A stretch of DNA of 64,000 bases, from the IMG/VR virus record IMGVR_UViG_2706796476_000001, positions 64,001 through 128,000 of that record; one strand, 5' to 3'. The position numbers were made by a program, and so were the translations under genes. The DNA comes from a virus (taxonomy: Duplodnaviria > Caudoviricetes). The stretch's first letter is position 1. The number at the start of each line of letters is the position of its first letter. Below the pieces are notes generated by a model. The model searched no databases. It was not told the origin of the DNA and worked only from the letters and a program-made list of their open reading frames with translations. Below are positions 47,842 to 57,241 of the stretch, one piece after another.

Positions 47842-47870
47842 ACTATAACATATCTCTCTGAAGTCTGCAA
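47842..47870 (-). promoter_or_regulatory. sigmaA promoter pointing into the tRNA cluster
   Basis: TTGCAG-17-TATAGT with extended TG. Confidence 0.55.
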
Positions 47871-47939
47871 CATGTTTGGTGATTTTCGGCGGCGCTTTTC
47901 TTGTTTACTTTTTTTTTTGACGTCGACTATAAGATAAAC

Positions 47940-48165
47940 TTTAAAGATAATATGAATAATTAATGGTTATATAATATATAAAGTAATTAATATATAATAC
48001 AGAGCACTTAAAATAAAAATATGACAAGAATATCTCAACAAGAGTCAGAAACCCTTATGTATCAAGGGATTAAAATAGGACAAAAATTTTAAATACCCTC
48101 ATTCAGAACCTTCTCCCTAATCGTATCAGAAGGAATAACTCACATATTTTTTTGTCCTATTTTAT
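47940..48165. repeat. AT-rich locus with iteron-like repeats (candidate replication origin B)
   Basis: 47991-48029 matches the reverse complement of 1971-2010; inverted AAAATAGGACAAAAA pair at 48072-48086 and 48149-48163. Confidence 0.5.
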
Positions 48166-48307
48166 GGATAGAGTATAAACAGAAGGAACATAATAAGCAC
48201 ATCTCAGAATGAAATGCGCTTTTAAAACATTCTTGAAATTAGGTGTTGACTTTTAATCAACAATGGGTTAAGCTAGGTTTACAAGTAAACGATGGAGGTT
48301 GTTAAAC

Positions 48308-48628
48308 ATGACAACAACAGTAAACAAACCAACAAAGACAAATAAAACAGAAGAAGGTGTCAGAATGAAAACTGTAAAACGGCTCAAGAAGTTTCGAATG
48401 GATTCAGGATACTCGATTAATACGCTTGCAGCAAAGCTAGGAGTTGACTCTTCAACTATCTCTTACTGGGAAAGTGGTAAACGATTCCCTCGAAGAAACG
48501 TTTTAGAGCAACTTGAAGATTTGTTCAACGTTAGCTACCGTGAACTATTTGATGATCTAACTAAAGCAGAGATGAAAGAAATTGAGAGACGCATGAACAA
48601 CATGTACAAAACAAATGAATGGTATTGA
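48308..48628 (+). CDS. XRE-family HTH transcriptional regulator
   Basis: LKKFR...SINTLAAKLGVDSSTISYWESGKRFP; promoter TTGACT-17-TAAGCT at 48246 overlaps a GTTGA...TCAAC palindrome. Confidence 0.85.
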   Translation: MTTTVNKPTKTNKTEEGVRMKTVKRLKKFRMDSGYSINTLAAKLGVDSSTISYWESGKRFPRRNVLEQLEDLFNVSYRELFDDLTKAEMKEIERRMNNMYKTNEWY

Positions 48629-48630
48629 AA

Positions 48631-48655
48631 AAAGAGACCTTGTTAGGGTCTCTTT
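48631..48655. terminator. bidirectional terminator
   Basis: AAAGAGACC...GGTCTCTTT between convergent genes. Confidence 0.75.
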
Positions 48656-48890
48656 ATTCGTATCCTACTACAACTTCAACGATCATCTGAGGATTAATGT
48701 ACTTTACAGCCTCTGTCAGTTCGACAGTACCGTACACTTTTAACAATCCTGCTCTACTTCCGACAATACTGTTCCATACAAATGCTTCCGGACGTTCAGG
48801 AACGTTAAAAGAAGATACATAGGCTGGGTCTACATAATAAACTGCATCATTAAGTAACTTGATCTCGATTTTACTGACCTTTTTTGCCAC
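48654..48890 (-). CDS. hypothetical protein
   Basis: 78-aa ORF in a small operon. Confidence 0.6.
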   Translation of the reverse strand: MAKKVSKIEIKLLNDAVYYVDPAYVSSFNVPERPEAFVWNSIVGSRAGLLKVYGTVELTEAVKYINPQMIVEVVVGYE

Positions 48891-48910
48891 TAGCTAAACC
48901 GCCCTTCGTT

Positions 48911-49237
48911 TTATTTTCCGCTGATCATGCTGAACAGGTAAGTGATTAAACCCCCTAGAAAAGCCATAAGAGCTTTCTCGATCAGTTCACGTTGCTTATC
49001 ACTCTTACGGTCTCCCGCACTCTCAAGCAGCTCCAGCTCCTTTTGAAGCTGTTCCATTTTGTAGTAAAGGTGGGATTGTTTTTCCTGCTGGATTGCAATG
49101 TCTTTATCTAAGGAAAAGACGATGTTCTTGAGTTCATCAACAACCCCACGCAACTCGGTAGTGTCTGTTTCTTGGTCTTGGATTTTACCCTCGATACTTC
49201 TCAGTCTCTCGATAAGTTCACCATTTTGGTTCATCAT
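48911..49237 (-). CDS. coiled-coil protein with C-terminal TM helix (holin/XhlA-like architecture)
   Basis: Heptad pattern followed by ALMAFLGGLITYLF. Confidence 0.55.
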   Translation of the reverse strand: MMNQNGELIERLRSIEGKIQDQETDTTELRGVVDELKNIVFSLDKDIAIQQEKQSHLYYKMEQLQKELELLESAGDRKSDKQRELIEKALMAFLGGLITYLFSMISGK

Positions 49238-49263
49238 TCAAACCCCCACCTTTCTATAGTATA

Positions 49264-49614
49264 TCAAATGATGCCCTGTCTCTTTGTATCTCCTAGTTCA
49301 GTGTCATAAGACACATAAAAACTCTCTAAGACTTTTCTGCTTTCTTCGTCAGCGATGTTTCCGTAGTTTGAGTCAGTGTCTATTCTAAAGTAAGCAGAAC
49401 CAAACTCCTTCAGATCAAGCTTCACCTCTATAAACTTGTCGTCTGTCGTGTTCTTACAGTACTCGTATGTAAAGTCGACTAATACTCCTAAGTGAAGTAG
49501 TCGATGAATTGAGTACATGTGGAATATTGATCGGTCAGTATTTATGAACGTTCCGATTAGGTCTCTAAACTCAAGTTTCACTGTACTATGGTACTTATTC
49601 TCATTAATCTTCAT
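49264..49614 (-). CDS. hypothetical protein
   Basis: Coupled to the upstream membrane protein gene. Confidence 0.6.
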   Translation of the reverse strand: MKINENKYHSTVKLEFRDLIGTFINTDRSIFHMYSIHRLLHLGVLVDFTYEYCKNTTDDKFIEVKLDLKEFGSAYFRIDTDSNYGNIADEESRKVLESFYVSYDTELGDTKRQGII

Positions 49615-49894
49615 GTCGTCTCCTTTCTGCGGTAGCTATTACCCATACCGTAGGGAGAGCTAAGCTTAGTAGTACCGCATTTTTAATAATGATTGAACTA
49701 TGCAGAGCTGAGTCAAATAATATGACATCTGATATAATAGAGATATAAGCAACCCCGATAAAGGTGGCAGACTTGATGATCGGGTTGTAAAGGGCGTATT
49801 TAATGCCCTCAAATAGTATAGCCGCAGCGAAGAAGGTCAGATAGCAGATGCTAGCGTATAACAGGACTGATGCAATAGTTGCTAAAATTAACAT
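49604..49894 (-). CDS. membrane protein (3 TM)
   Basis: Three hydrophobic segments; GGAGAGG RBS. Confidence 0.65.
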   Translation of the reverse strand: MLILATIASVLLYASICYLTFFAAAILFEGIKYALYNPIIKSATFIGVAYISIISDVILFDSALHSSIIIKNAVLLSLALPTVWVIATAERRRHED

Positions 49895-50001
49895 TTTAAT
49901 CCTCTCCGACTCGTTTCTCTTACTAATATAATACTTCTCAGTGGGATTTTTCGTAATCCTCTATATTATGACTAAGAACTTAAAATACTGGAGGTGCTTG
50001 A

Positions 50002-50274
50002 ATGTTAAGTCGCAGGCAACTTGTAATTAAGATAGCGCTTGTAGTTGTTGCAGAAGCAGTCGCAATGGCGGTTACATTCGGATTTTCTCATTATGTTTAC
50101 CCAATTAAATACGCAATGCCGATTCACATCTTATTCGGTGCTGCACTTGCTGTTGTTATTGTAGGGGCTTACAATAGACGCCTCAAGAAACACAAGCAGC
50201 GAGTAGAGGAAGAAATTAAAGAATTGACTAGGGTAGTACTAAAGCAGCTTCCCGACGATATAGACGATAAGTAG
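50002..50274 (+). CDS. membrane protein (2 TM)
   Basis: Two hydrophobic segments; GGAGGTG RBS; TATATTA motif upstream. Confidence 0.65.
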   Translation: MLSRRQLVIKIALVVVAEAVAMAVTFGFSHYVYPIKYAMPIHILFGAALAVVIVGAYNRRLKKHKQRVEEEIKELTRVVLKQLPDDIDDK

Positions 50275-50276
50275 AG

Positions 50277-50792
50277 GTGAGACAAATGCTTAACCCGAAA
50301 CAGATTGGAAAGTTGTTTGCAGACGTAGAAGAACTTGTCTACGATGAAATGTTACATACAGTGATCCCGAAGGCTTTGTTCTTTGTTCCCGGAAAATACA
50401 TACAGGGTGAGTACAAAGCAAACGAGGCTTATCTAAACGAACTCATTGACGATATTTTGTTGGTTGTTGAAACCTACGGGCAGGAGATGGTTCTACATTA
50501 TTTTGAAATGAAGGACGAGGGGAAAGACGAAGAACAGATCGTCGAGGAACTTGAAGATGAGTATGTCGACAAAATGTACTCCCAGTTTGGGAGATTGGGT
50601 ATTGTTGCGACAGAAGAAGCTAGCAAGGTATTTGTCTACCGTCTCATGGTGGAAATGCCGTACATCTATCTAGAACACACCCAAGGGTCAGATTTTGACC
50701 AAGAGTACGAAGACTGTATGACCCACTACGAGCTGCTAGATGCCTACGTCCACAACTTCATCTATGAAGATGGAGAGGATGACTTTGAGTAG
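50277..50792 (+). CDS. hypothetical acidic protein
   Basis: Operon position upstream of the terminase genes. Confidence 0.65.
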   Translation: MRQMLNPKQIGKLFADVEELVYDEMLHTVIPKALFFVPGKYIQGEYKANEAYLNELIDDILLVVETYGQEMVLHYFEMKDEGKDEEQIVEELEDEYVDKMYSQFGRLGIVATEEASKVFVYRLMVEMPYIYLEHTQGSDFDQEYEDCMTHYELLDAYVHNFIYEDGEDDFE

Positions 50793-51057
50793 AAGAGAAA
50801 TTGTCGAAAAAAGAAGAAGTGTGTTTAGTAGTGCCGAAAAATACAACACCTTCAAAGTAGGTGACAGGAGAGTACACTCCCCTAGACTATGTGTAGTATG
50901 TGCGAGACCTCTGACTTCGCTTGTATTAGCTGAGCAGAGGTACGTCACTTCAGTTTCACACGTACACGCTCATTTTGCGGGGGGCATAACCGTTGACATT
51001 TGTTCAAATATAAACTCATGCGCTAACAGAATCGAAAAACTACGAGAGGAGAGCTGA
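50785..51057 (+). CDS. putative zinc-binding protein
   Basis: CVVCARPL...HVH...C....C; start adjusted to fit the RBS. Confidence 0.6.
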   Translation: MSRREIVEKRRSVFSSAEKYNTFKVGDRRVHSPRLCVVCARPLTSLVLAEQRYVTSVSHVHAHFAGGITVDICSNINSCANRIEKLREES

Positions 51058-51062
51058 TAAAC

Positions 51063-51479
51063 ATGTCAATGTCAGAAAATATAAAAAAACGACTAGCACA
51101 GAAAAAAGATGGGACTCATGAGAGCCAAGTACGAGACTTGTTAAACGTCGCCCTACTAAGCGGGTTAGAGCAGTTCGTACATCGTCTACATTCCGGCGAG
51201 ATTCCAATTGATAACATGGCAGACCTACAGAGGGTATTGCTGATGTATAAAGAAGTAAACGGAATAAACGACGCAATGGAAGGCGCAGGCGGTCAAGGAG
51301 CCTTACCTGAGATTAACATGAAGCAAGACAAGGTAATTAAAGACATCGCAGCAGAAGGAACTATATCTATCGACGAAGAAGGAACCCTAGACGTGAGTGA
51401 TCTCTCTGTAGAGGAGACAGCGGAGCTTATTAGACAAATGGATATCGCTCAGAATGCAGAAAACGAGGGGTCATTCTAA
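51063..51479 (+). CDS. terminase small subunit (putative)
   Basis: Coupled to the large subunit; GEIPIDNMADL...NAENEGSF. Confidence 0.7.
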   Translation: MSMSENIKKRLAQKKDGTHESQVRDLLNVALLSGLEQFVHRLHSGEIPIDNMADLQRVLLMYKEVNGINDAMEGAGGQGALPEINMKQDKVIKDIAAEGTISIDEEGTLDVSDLSVEETAELIRQMDIAQNAENEGSF

Positions 51480-53278
51480 TGAGTATTGTAAACCCGATTG
51501 ACGGAAAAATGATTCAGAATATTGCGAAACAAACATTCGGAACAACTAAAATAACCCAAGATCAGCTAGCCTACATCATAACTATGCTTAATCCGTCATC
51601 GTATCTTTTGAAGCACCACAAAGTAAAGAACCACCCTATCACTTTCCACGTAAGCGGTCACGACTCAACACGAGCGCAGGCGCATCGTCCGTGGCAGGTG
51701 CAGATGGTAAATGATATGCATAAGGACAAAGCAGTTATAAAGTCCCGCCAGTTAGGACTATCTGAGTTAGGTATAGGTGAAATGATTCACTTTGCGGATT
51801 TACATAGCTATGCAGGCGTTAAATGTCTTTACACATTCCCTACAAACCGGCAAATGAAAGACTTCGTTGCAACACGTCTTAACCCCTTGCTAGAGACAGG
51901 GTACTATGGAACAATAACAGACAAGCACACAGACTCACTTGAGAAGAAGAAGATAAGAAACAGTTTCCTTATGTTCCGTTCTTCTTCCAAAGGAGGAGCC
52001 GTAGAGGGTGTCGACATCGACTATTTGTCTCTTGATGAGTACGACCGTGTAACAGCTTCTGCCGAGATTTCAGCAATGGAGTCAATGACTTCTTCTGTGT
52101 TCAAATATTTACGAAGATGGTCAACTCCTACAGTACCTGACTATGGTATCCATGCACTATTCACCCAGTCAGATCAGCTAGCCTATGTACATAAATGTGA
52201 TAGTTGCGGTCACTATAACCACATGGACTATGAGAAAAATATCGAGTGCCTAGATGAAAACGGAGTGGACGTTCTAGCTAAAACCGTTAAGGACGGTTCC
52301 TTTAGATTTATTTGTTCGAAGTGCGGCACCTCGCTAGACCGATGGTACAACGGGTCATGGGTTGCAGCATACCCTTCCCGTACAGCAGATGGATACGGTA
52401 CAAGAGGATACTTAATCACTCAAATGAATGCAGTTTGGATTAGTGCTGACGAGCTTAAGCGAAAAGAACTTAAAGCAAAGTCAAAACAGCATTTTTATAA
52501 CTATGTTCTCGGACACCCTTACCAAGACGTTGCCCTAGCAGTTCAGGAGAACGACATTATGGACAACATTAGACCTTATCTCGATGGTCCTAAGTTTGAT
52601 AGAGGTCGGTACCGATTTATTTCTGTAGGAATAGACTGGGGTAACCACCACTGGATCACCGTTAGAGGTTTCCGAGATGATACAAAACAGATAGACCTAA
52701 TTAGAGCCTTTTCCGTAGAGAGGTCAAGAGGGGTAGCAAACATCGAGGCTGACTTAGAAAACATTATTAACCAGCTTGTACCTTATAATCCTGACATTAT
52801 TTGTGCGGACATCGGAGATAACGGAAACTACGTTGATAAACTTACAGATTTCTTTGGGGCTGGCAAGGTATACGGAGTTAAGGTTAACCCTAACCCAAGA
52901 TCGACCGGGCAAATTAAACCTGTATGGCAAGATAACAGGGGAATGGTTACTGTAGACAAACTAACGCAGAATAAACTACATATTGCGGATATGAAGATGG
53001 GCAGACTAGGATTCTACCGAAGAGATCGTGACCTTGATCTATACGCTCTTCACTGGCGGAACGTTGTTATTCGAGATGAGGAAGACGAGAAAACAGGACA
53101 AGTATATCAGATTATCACGAACAGAGGTGACGATCACTACGCTCAGTCTTCTGTGTATTCAATGGTCGGTATGGAACATGTCCTTGAACCATACATTGTA
53201 AACACGGAAGAAAATGCTTTCGGATACACCACAGTTATGTCCCCGCAAACAACAGATATTTATTCAAGAGGTTATTAG
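51479..53278 (+). CDS. terminase large subunit
   Basis: KSRQLGLSE, LDEYDR, STPT, GIDWG and GDDHYAQ motifs. Confidence 0.92.
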   Translation: MSIVNPIDGKMIQNIAKQTFGTTKITQDQLAYIITMLNPSSYLLKHHKVKNHPITFHVSGHDSTRAQAHRPWQVQMVNDMHKDKAVIKSRQLGLSELGIGEMIHFADLHSYAGVKCLYTFPTNRQMKDFVATRLNPLLETGYYGTITDKHTDSLEKKKIRNSFLMFRSSSKGGAVEGVDIDYLSLDEYDRVTASAEISAMESMTSSVFKYLRRWSTPTVPDYGIHALFTQSDQLAYVHKCDSCGHYNHMDYEKNIECLDENGVDVLAKTVKDGSFRFICSKCGTSLDRWYNGSWVAAYPSRTADGYGTRGYLITQMNAVWISADELKRKELKAKSKQHFYNYVLGHPYQDVALAVQENDIMDNIRPYLDGPKFDRGRYRFISVGIDWGNHHWITVRGFRDDTKQIDLIRAFSVERSRGVANIEADLENIINQLVPYNPDIICADIGDNGNYVDKLTDFFGAGKVYGVKVNPNPRSTGQIKPVWQDNRGMVTVDKLTQNKLHIADMKMGRLGFYRRDRDLDLYALHWRNVVIRDEEDEKTGQVYQIITNRGDDHYAQSSVYSMVGMEHVLEPYIVNTEENAFGYTTVMSPQTTDIYSRGY

Positions 53279-53343
53279 AGAGGCGCTTTGCCTCTCTATT
53301 TTTGTATGTATTATGTTACAATAAAGTTAGAGGAGGGTTACAG

Positions 53344-54204
53344 ATGAGTAAAAAGAAATACCATCTATCACCACAGAGCGTTCAAGAACTTACAGAGAGG
53401 CTGATGAAGGCAGCCCACGAGCCGGACACAGTTAATGAAAACATTACTGAAGATTTCATGAATAGAGTTGTAAAAATAACTAGCATATACGAAGCTATAG
53501 AACGAGAAGAACAATTAAACAAAACATACCAAGGCTTACTCAGCCTCCACGGGTTTGAGAGTATTTATGATATGTACCTGTATGCAATGTCTTGTTCGCA
53601 GCTAGAATCAATGGTTAAAAGAAAAGACTATAGTAAGCTGGTCCCTGTGAAGCGCAAGGTAATGAGAAACGGTAAGGAAACGGAAGTTACAGTGTACGAA
53701 GACCCTAATAAAGATAACAAAGAAGACACAGATAGTTCTGACAGCGGCAGTCAAGGCTCTCGAGGAGGACATGCCCGTGATCATAGCAAAAAAGTTCACG
53801 GAAAGGATAAAAAAGTTGATCCTCAGAAGGTTGCCAAACTTAAACAAATTAGTTTGGACATGCCTAATGGTAAAAATTTTAGAGACCAGTCAGACTACTT
53901 TCTCGAGGTAACAGATGAACAAGGAAATACAGTAGGGATTGTAGGGTACTCCTCAAAAGGTAACTATTTAGTTATGGATTTTTACGTCTCTGACGGTGAG
54001 GTGTCGGGCGTAGCAGCTGTCGGATTCTCTATTCTCATTCGTTTAGCAATTAGTGAGAAGAAGGGTGTTAAGGCAGAGAACAACCCGGAAGCAGCTGCAT
54101 TCTACGCTAGATGCGGACTGCAACAAAAGGGAGAATACTGGGAGGCAACTGCCCAAGAATTAAAAAATTTCTATGGAGATACAGATTTTCATGTGGATTT
54201 CTAG
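53344..54204 (+). CDS. virion-associated hypothetical protein (possible GNAT-like C-terminus)
   Basis: DYSKLVPVKRKVMRNGK motif; C-terminal NPEAAAFYARCG. Confidence 0.6.
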   Translation: MSKKKYHLSPQSVQELTERLMKAAHEPDTVNENITEDFMNRVVKITSIYEAIEREEQLNKTYQGLLSLHGFESIYDMYLYAMSCSQLESMVKRKDYSKLVPVKRKVMRNGKETEVTVYEDPNKDNKEDTDSSDSGSQGSRGGHARDHSKKVHGKDKKVDPQKVAKLKQISLDMPNGKNFRDQSDYFLEVTDEQGNTVGIVGYSSKGNYLVMDFYVSDGEVSGVAAVGFSILIRLAISEKKGVKAENNPEAAAFYARCGLQQKGEYWEATAQELKNFYGDTDFHVDF

Positions 54205-54862
54205 ATTGTATGTTATAATGATAGTAGTGACTACTTACACTGTAGTTGTTTTAGGCGGAATATACGCCGCTGCCCGTAAAGCAAAGCGTGCTTCGGCAGT
54301 CTACAAAGCGGTAATAATGCAGATGCTTAGTGAAATTAGAGAATATATCAAGGAGGAAGATAGAATGAACCCACTAGTACAAGAGAAAGAAGAGTTAACT
54401 TTAGCAACCCTAATCCATAAGAAAGCAGTAGATTCAGAATACGCAGAGGTTGTAGACCTGCTAGCGCACCTAGCAAAATCAACATTCCAAAACTACAATT
54501 TCCTTATTCAGAAATCTACGGATGAGACTAAAGACCCTCATTTTATGCAGCTGAGAAGTGCTTTCCACGAGTCTCCTCATGTACATAAGCAAATCTTCGA
54601 GAAATCAATTGACTACGGAATTGACTACGATGTCCTTGTACAAAAATTTAACGACAAGTTAAAAGCTGGTGAAATCATTACCTGTGGAGATGATGTCGTT
54701 ATTATTACTGAGGATGGAACTGGTCTTCCGGCATCCGGCGTATCTCAAATTAACAGCGGAATTGAAGGCGGAGAAATTGGATTCAACGTTTCGTTCGTTT
54801 CTGCAAAGAACTACGATGCGTGGGCTGCCAACAACCTGAAGCAGGAAGAAGACAATGAATAA
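54173..54862 (+). CDS. hypothetical protein (start uncertain; strong RBS before ATG 54365)
   Basis: Open frame with optional N-terminal TM segment. Confidence 0.6.
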   Translation: MEIQIFMWISRLYVIMIVVTTYTVVVLGGIYAAARKAKRASAVYKAVIMQMLSEIREYIKEEDRMNPLVQEKEELTLATLIHKKAVDSEYAEVVDLLAHLAKSTFQNYNFLIQKSTDETKDPHFMQLRSAFHESPHVHKQIFEKSIDYGIDYDVLVQKFNDKLKAGEIITCGDDVVIITEDGTGLPASGVSQINSGIEGGEIGFNVSFVSAKNYDAWAANNLKQEEDNE

Positions 54863-55190
54863 CGGGAAGATTCCTCTAACACGGAGTTTTAGGAAAACGA
54901 TTGAGAAGTTCAAAAACCATAACTCTGTAGGGTTGATTGATACAGAGCATGTTATATTCATTCCTGCTAGTCAACTACATACAGACTCTGAAGAGAGTGC
55001 CGACTCTCCTTCTTTTATGATGATGCTCGGGACAATAAACCGAAAGAAAGAATGGAATTGCCCAGTAGAAATCGGAAAAACGAAGATCGGCAATGTTGAA
55101 GGTTTAGAGATCGTTATAAAGTTTAACAAAAATACCGATTATCAAAAAATCGGAGAATACCTCGATGTCTTCATTAGTGAGAACAGCTGA
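54855..55190 (+). CDS. hypothetical protein
   Basis: Overlapping coupled ORF. Confidence 0.6.
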   Translation: MNNGKIPLTRSFRKTIEKFKNHNSVGLIDTEHVIFIPASQLHTDSEESADSPSFMMMLGTINRKKEWNCPVEIGKTKIGNVEGLEIVIKFNKNTDYQKIGEYLDVFISENS

Positions 55191-55254
55191 GGAGGGGTCT
55201 TGATCCTTCCTCTATATTAAAAGTGTACGAAAAATAATTAATGGAGGTATTAAC

Positions 55255-56193
55255 ATGGTAAAAATCAAAAAAGACCTTGTACCATCAAACTTCGCAGCGC
55301 AAGTTACATACAAAGATGGCGTTAACTCTTGTAAGTATATCGTAGTCCATGAAACGGCTAACACAAAAGCTGGAGCGGATGCTCAAGCTCACGCTAACTT
55401 ACAAAAGAACGGTAACTCTCGAGAAGCTTCATGGCATTATCAGGTTGATAAGAACGGCGTCATTCAGTCATTCGATGACCGTAAACAATGCTGGCACGCA
55501 GGCTCTAAGTTCTACAATCAGAATGCGATCGGAATTGAACTTTGTGTAGACAGCGGAGGAGACTTCAAAAAGACTGTTGAAAATGCCGCAGAGCTTATTA
55601 AGTCTCTGATGAAGAAGTACGGTATCCCTGTTAAGAACGTGCTTACCCACAAGGAAACTAGTGGATGGAAAGACTGTCCTCATTTCTTGCGTAGTGGCAG
55701 TAAAGGTGTAACTTGGGCACAGCTTGTAAGTATGATTAGCTCAACTTCTTCATCTAGCGGTAAAGCTCCATCTAAGCCAGTTAAGGCACCTAGTACACCA
55801 GCTAAGGCTCCAAGTGGCTCCGGTTCAATTAACTTTAGCACTAACAGCATTGTCGATTTCTTAACATCTGCTAAGCTTGACTCTAGCTTCGCAAACCGTA
55901 AGAAACTTGCTGACAAGTATGGTATCTCTAACTACTCAGGTACAGCAGCACAAAATGAGAGTTTACTAGCGAAGTTGAAGAAGGATTTCAAAGCTACTTC
56001 CAAGCCTGTATCTACTAAGCCTGCTGCAAAAGGCGATCAAAAAACGAATAGCATTGTTGACTACTTAAACTCTATCAAAGTAGACTCTAGTTTTGCTAAC
56101 CGTAAGAAGTTAGCCGCTAAGCACGGCATCTCCAACTACTCAGGTACAGCAGCTCAAAATAGTGCATTACTGAAAAAGGTTAGAGGAAAATAA
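55255..56193 (+). CDS. endolysin: N-acetylmuramoyl-L-alanine amidase (Amidase_2) + 2 DUF3597-like repeats
   Basis: IVVHETAN...ASWHYQVD...WHAG...IGIELC...HK..SGWKDCP; two SIVD.L...DSSFANRKKLA...YSGTAAQN repeats. Confidence 0.92.
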   Translation: MVKIKKDLVPSNFAAQVTYKDGVNSCKYIVVHETANTKAGADAQAHANLQKNGNSREASWHYQVDKNGVIQSFDDRKQCWHAGSKFYNQNAIGIELCVDSGGDFKKTVENAAELIKSLMKKYGIPVKNVLTHKETSGWKDCPHFLRSGSKGVTWAQLVSMISSTSSSSGKAPSKPVKAPSTPAKAPSGSGSINFSTNSIVDFLTSAKLDSSFANRKKLADKYGISNYSGTAAQNESLLAKLKKDFKATSKPVSTKPAAKGDQKTNSIVDYLNSIKVDSSFANRKKLAAKHGISNYSGTAAQNSALLKKVRGK

Positions 56194-56198
56194 ATATT

Positions 56199-56223
56199 AG
56201 ACACGCTTAGGCGTGTCTTTTTT
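56199..56223 (+). terminator. terminator after the endolysin gene
   Basis: AGACACGC-TTAG-GCGTGTCT followed by a T run. Confidence 0.8.
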
Positions 56224-56249
56224 ATAACCTAGAAAGATGGTGTTGGATA

Positions 56250-56399
56250 GTGAATATCAACGATATTAGAAGGCAGTCTGCTTCTGATTACAGAGAACAA
56301 CTGCTCAAAAGAAAAGCTCAGCAAGAGAAATGGAGCTCCTTCAGAAAGGGTCAAGTTGAGACGATTAAAAAAGACATCTTCAGCAAAATAAATAAATAA
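56250..56399 (+). CDS. small basic hypothetical protein (49 aa)
   Basis: Hand-translated GTG ORF MNINDIRRQSASDYREQLLKRK... filling the gap; weak RBS. Confidence 0.4.
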   Translation: MNINDIRRQSASDYREQLLKRKAQQEKWSSFRKGQVETIKKDIFSKINK

Positions 56400-56408
56400 A
56401 ACTTTATG

Positions 56409-56437
56409 TTGACAGGCTATATCATACAGTGTAAGAT
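56409..56437 (+). promoter_or_regulatory. sigmaA early promoter
   Basis: TTGACA-17-TAAGAT. Confidence 0.65.
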
Positions 56438-56521
56438 GAAACTATCAAATACAAGATGAAGGGAGTAATACAAGGCTTCATAGTAGGATTACAACCTATA
56501 TCTTGAGGAGGAGCTACATAC

Positions 56522-57241
56522 ATGACGAATAAAGTTCCGTTAGACCTAAGCAAACTGAGTGAGAAGGAGTTTCCTTTTATTAAGAAGCTCGACAGACAGC
56601 AAGAGGATATGGTTACAAAACTTTTTAGATCAAAACGTGTAGTAGTAGACGCAGTCGCAGGATCAGGTAAGACAACTGTCCTTACTCAAGCATTCAAAGC
56701 ATTACTGGACAAGGATCACATTAGTGCTATCTACTATGTGGTGTTTCCAGTCCAAGAAAAATCCCTAGGGTATCTACCGGGCGGCATCTCAGAAAAACTT
56801 CAAGAGTACGCAGTTCCTTTCTTTCAAGCTTTGATTGAAGCAGGTGTAAACCCTAGCGAGTTTGATTTAGAGGATGTGTTCAACGTCCTAACCTACGGTC
56901 AGTTCAAAGTAGTGCCTCACACGTTTCTGAGAGGTCGTAACTTAGATGGGGTAGGTATTCTAATCGACGAGTCTCAAAACGGCACAGTCGATGAAATACG
57001 CAAGATTTTAACCCGTGTAACAGACAGTTGTTATGTAGCGTTAGCTGGACATAGCGGTCAGATTGATATTAAGAAAGATAGCTCAGGTTTTTCCCGATAT
57101 AACCACCACTTTAAGTCGGGAGTCAAATCAGGAGAATTTCCGGATATTGAGTTTGCAGACCTGAGTGTAAACTATCGTGGTAAATTTAGTTCGTATTCCG
57201 ACAAAATCGGACAGTTAAAAACTGAGGAGGAAGAAAAATAA
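56522..57241 (+). CDS. phoH: PhoH-family ATPase
   Basis: AGSGKT, LGYLPG, FLRGRNL, IDESQN, LTRV. Confidence 0.88.
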   Translation: MTNKVPLDLSKLSEKEFPFIKKLDRQQEDMVTKLFRSKRVVVDAVAGSGKTTVLTQAFKALLDKDHISAIYYVVFPVQEKSLGYLPGGISEKLQEYAVPFFQALIEAGVNPSEFDLEDVFNVLTYGQFKVVPHTFLRGRNLDGVGILIDESQNGTVDEIRKILTRVTDSCYVALAGHSGQIDIKKDSSGFSRYNHHFKSGVKSGEFPDIEFADLSVNYRGKFSSYSDKIGQLKTEEEEK

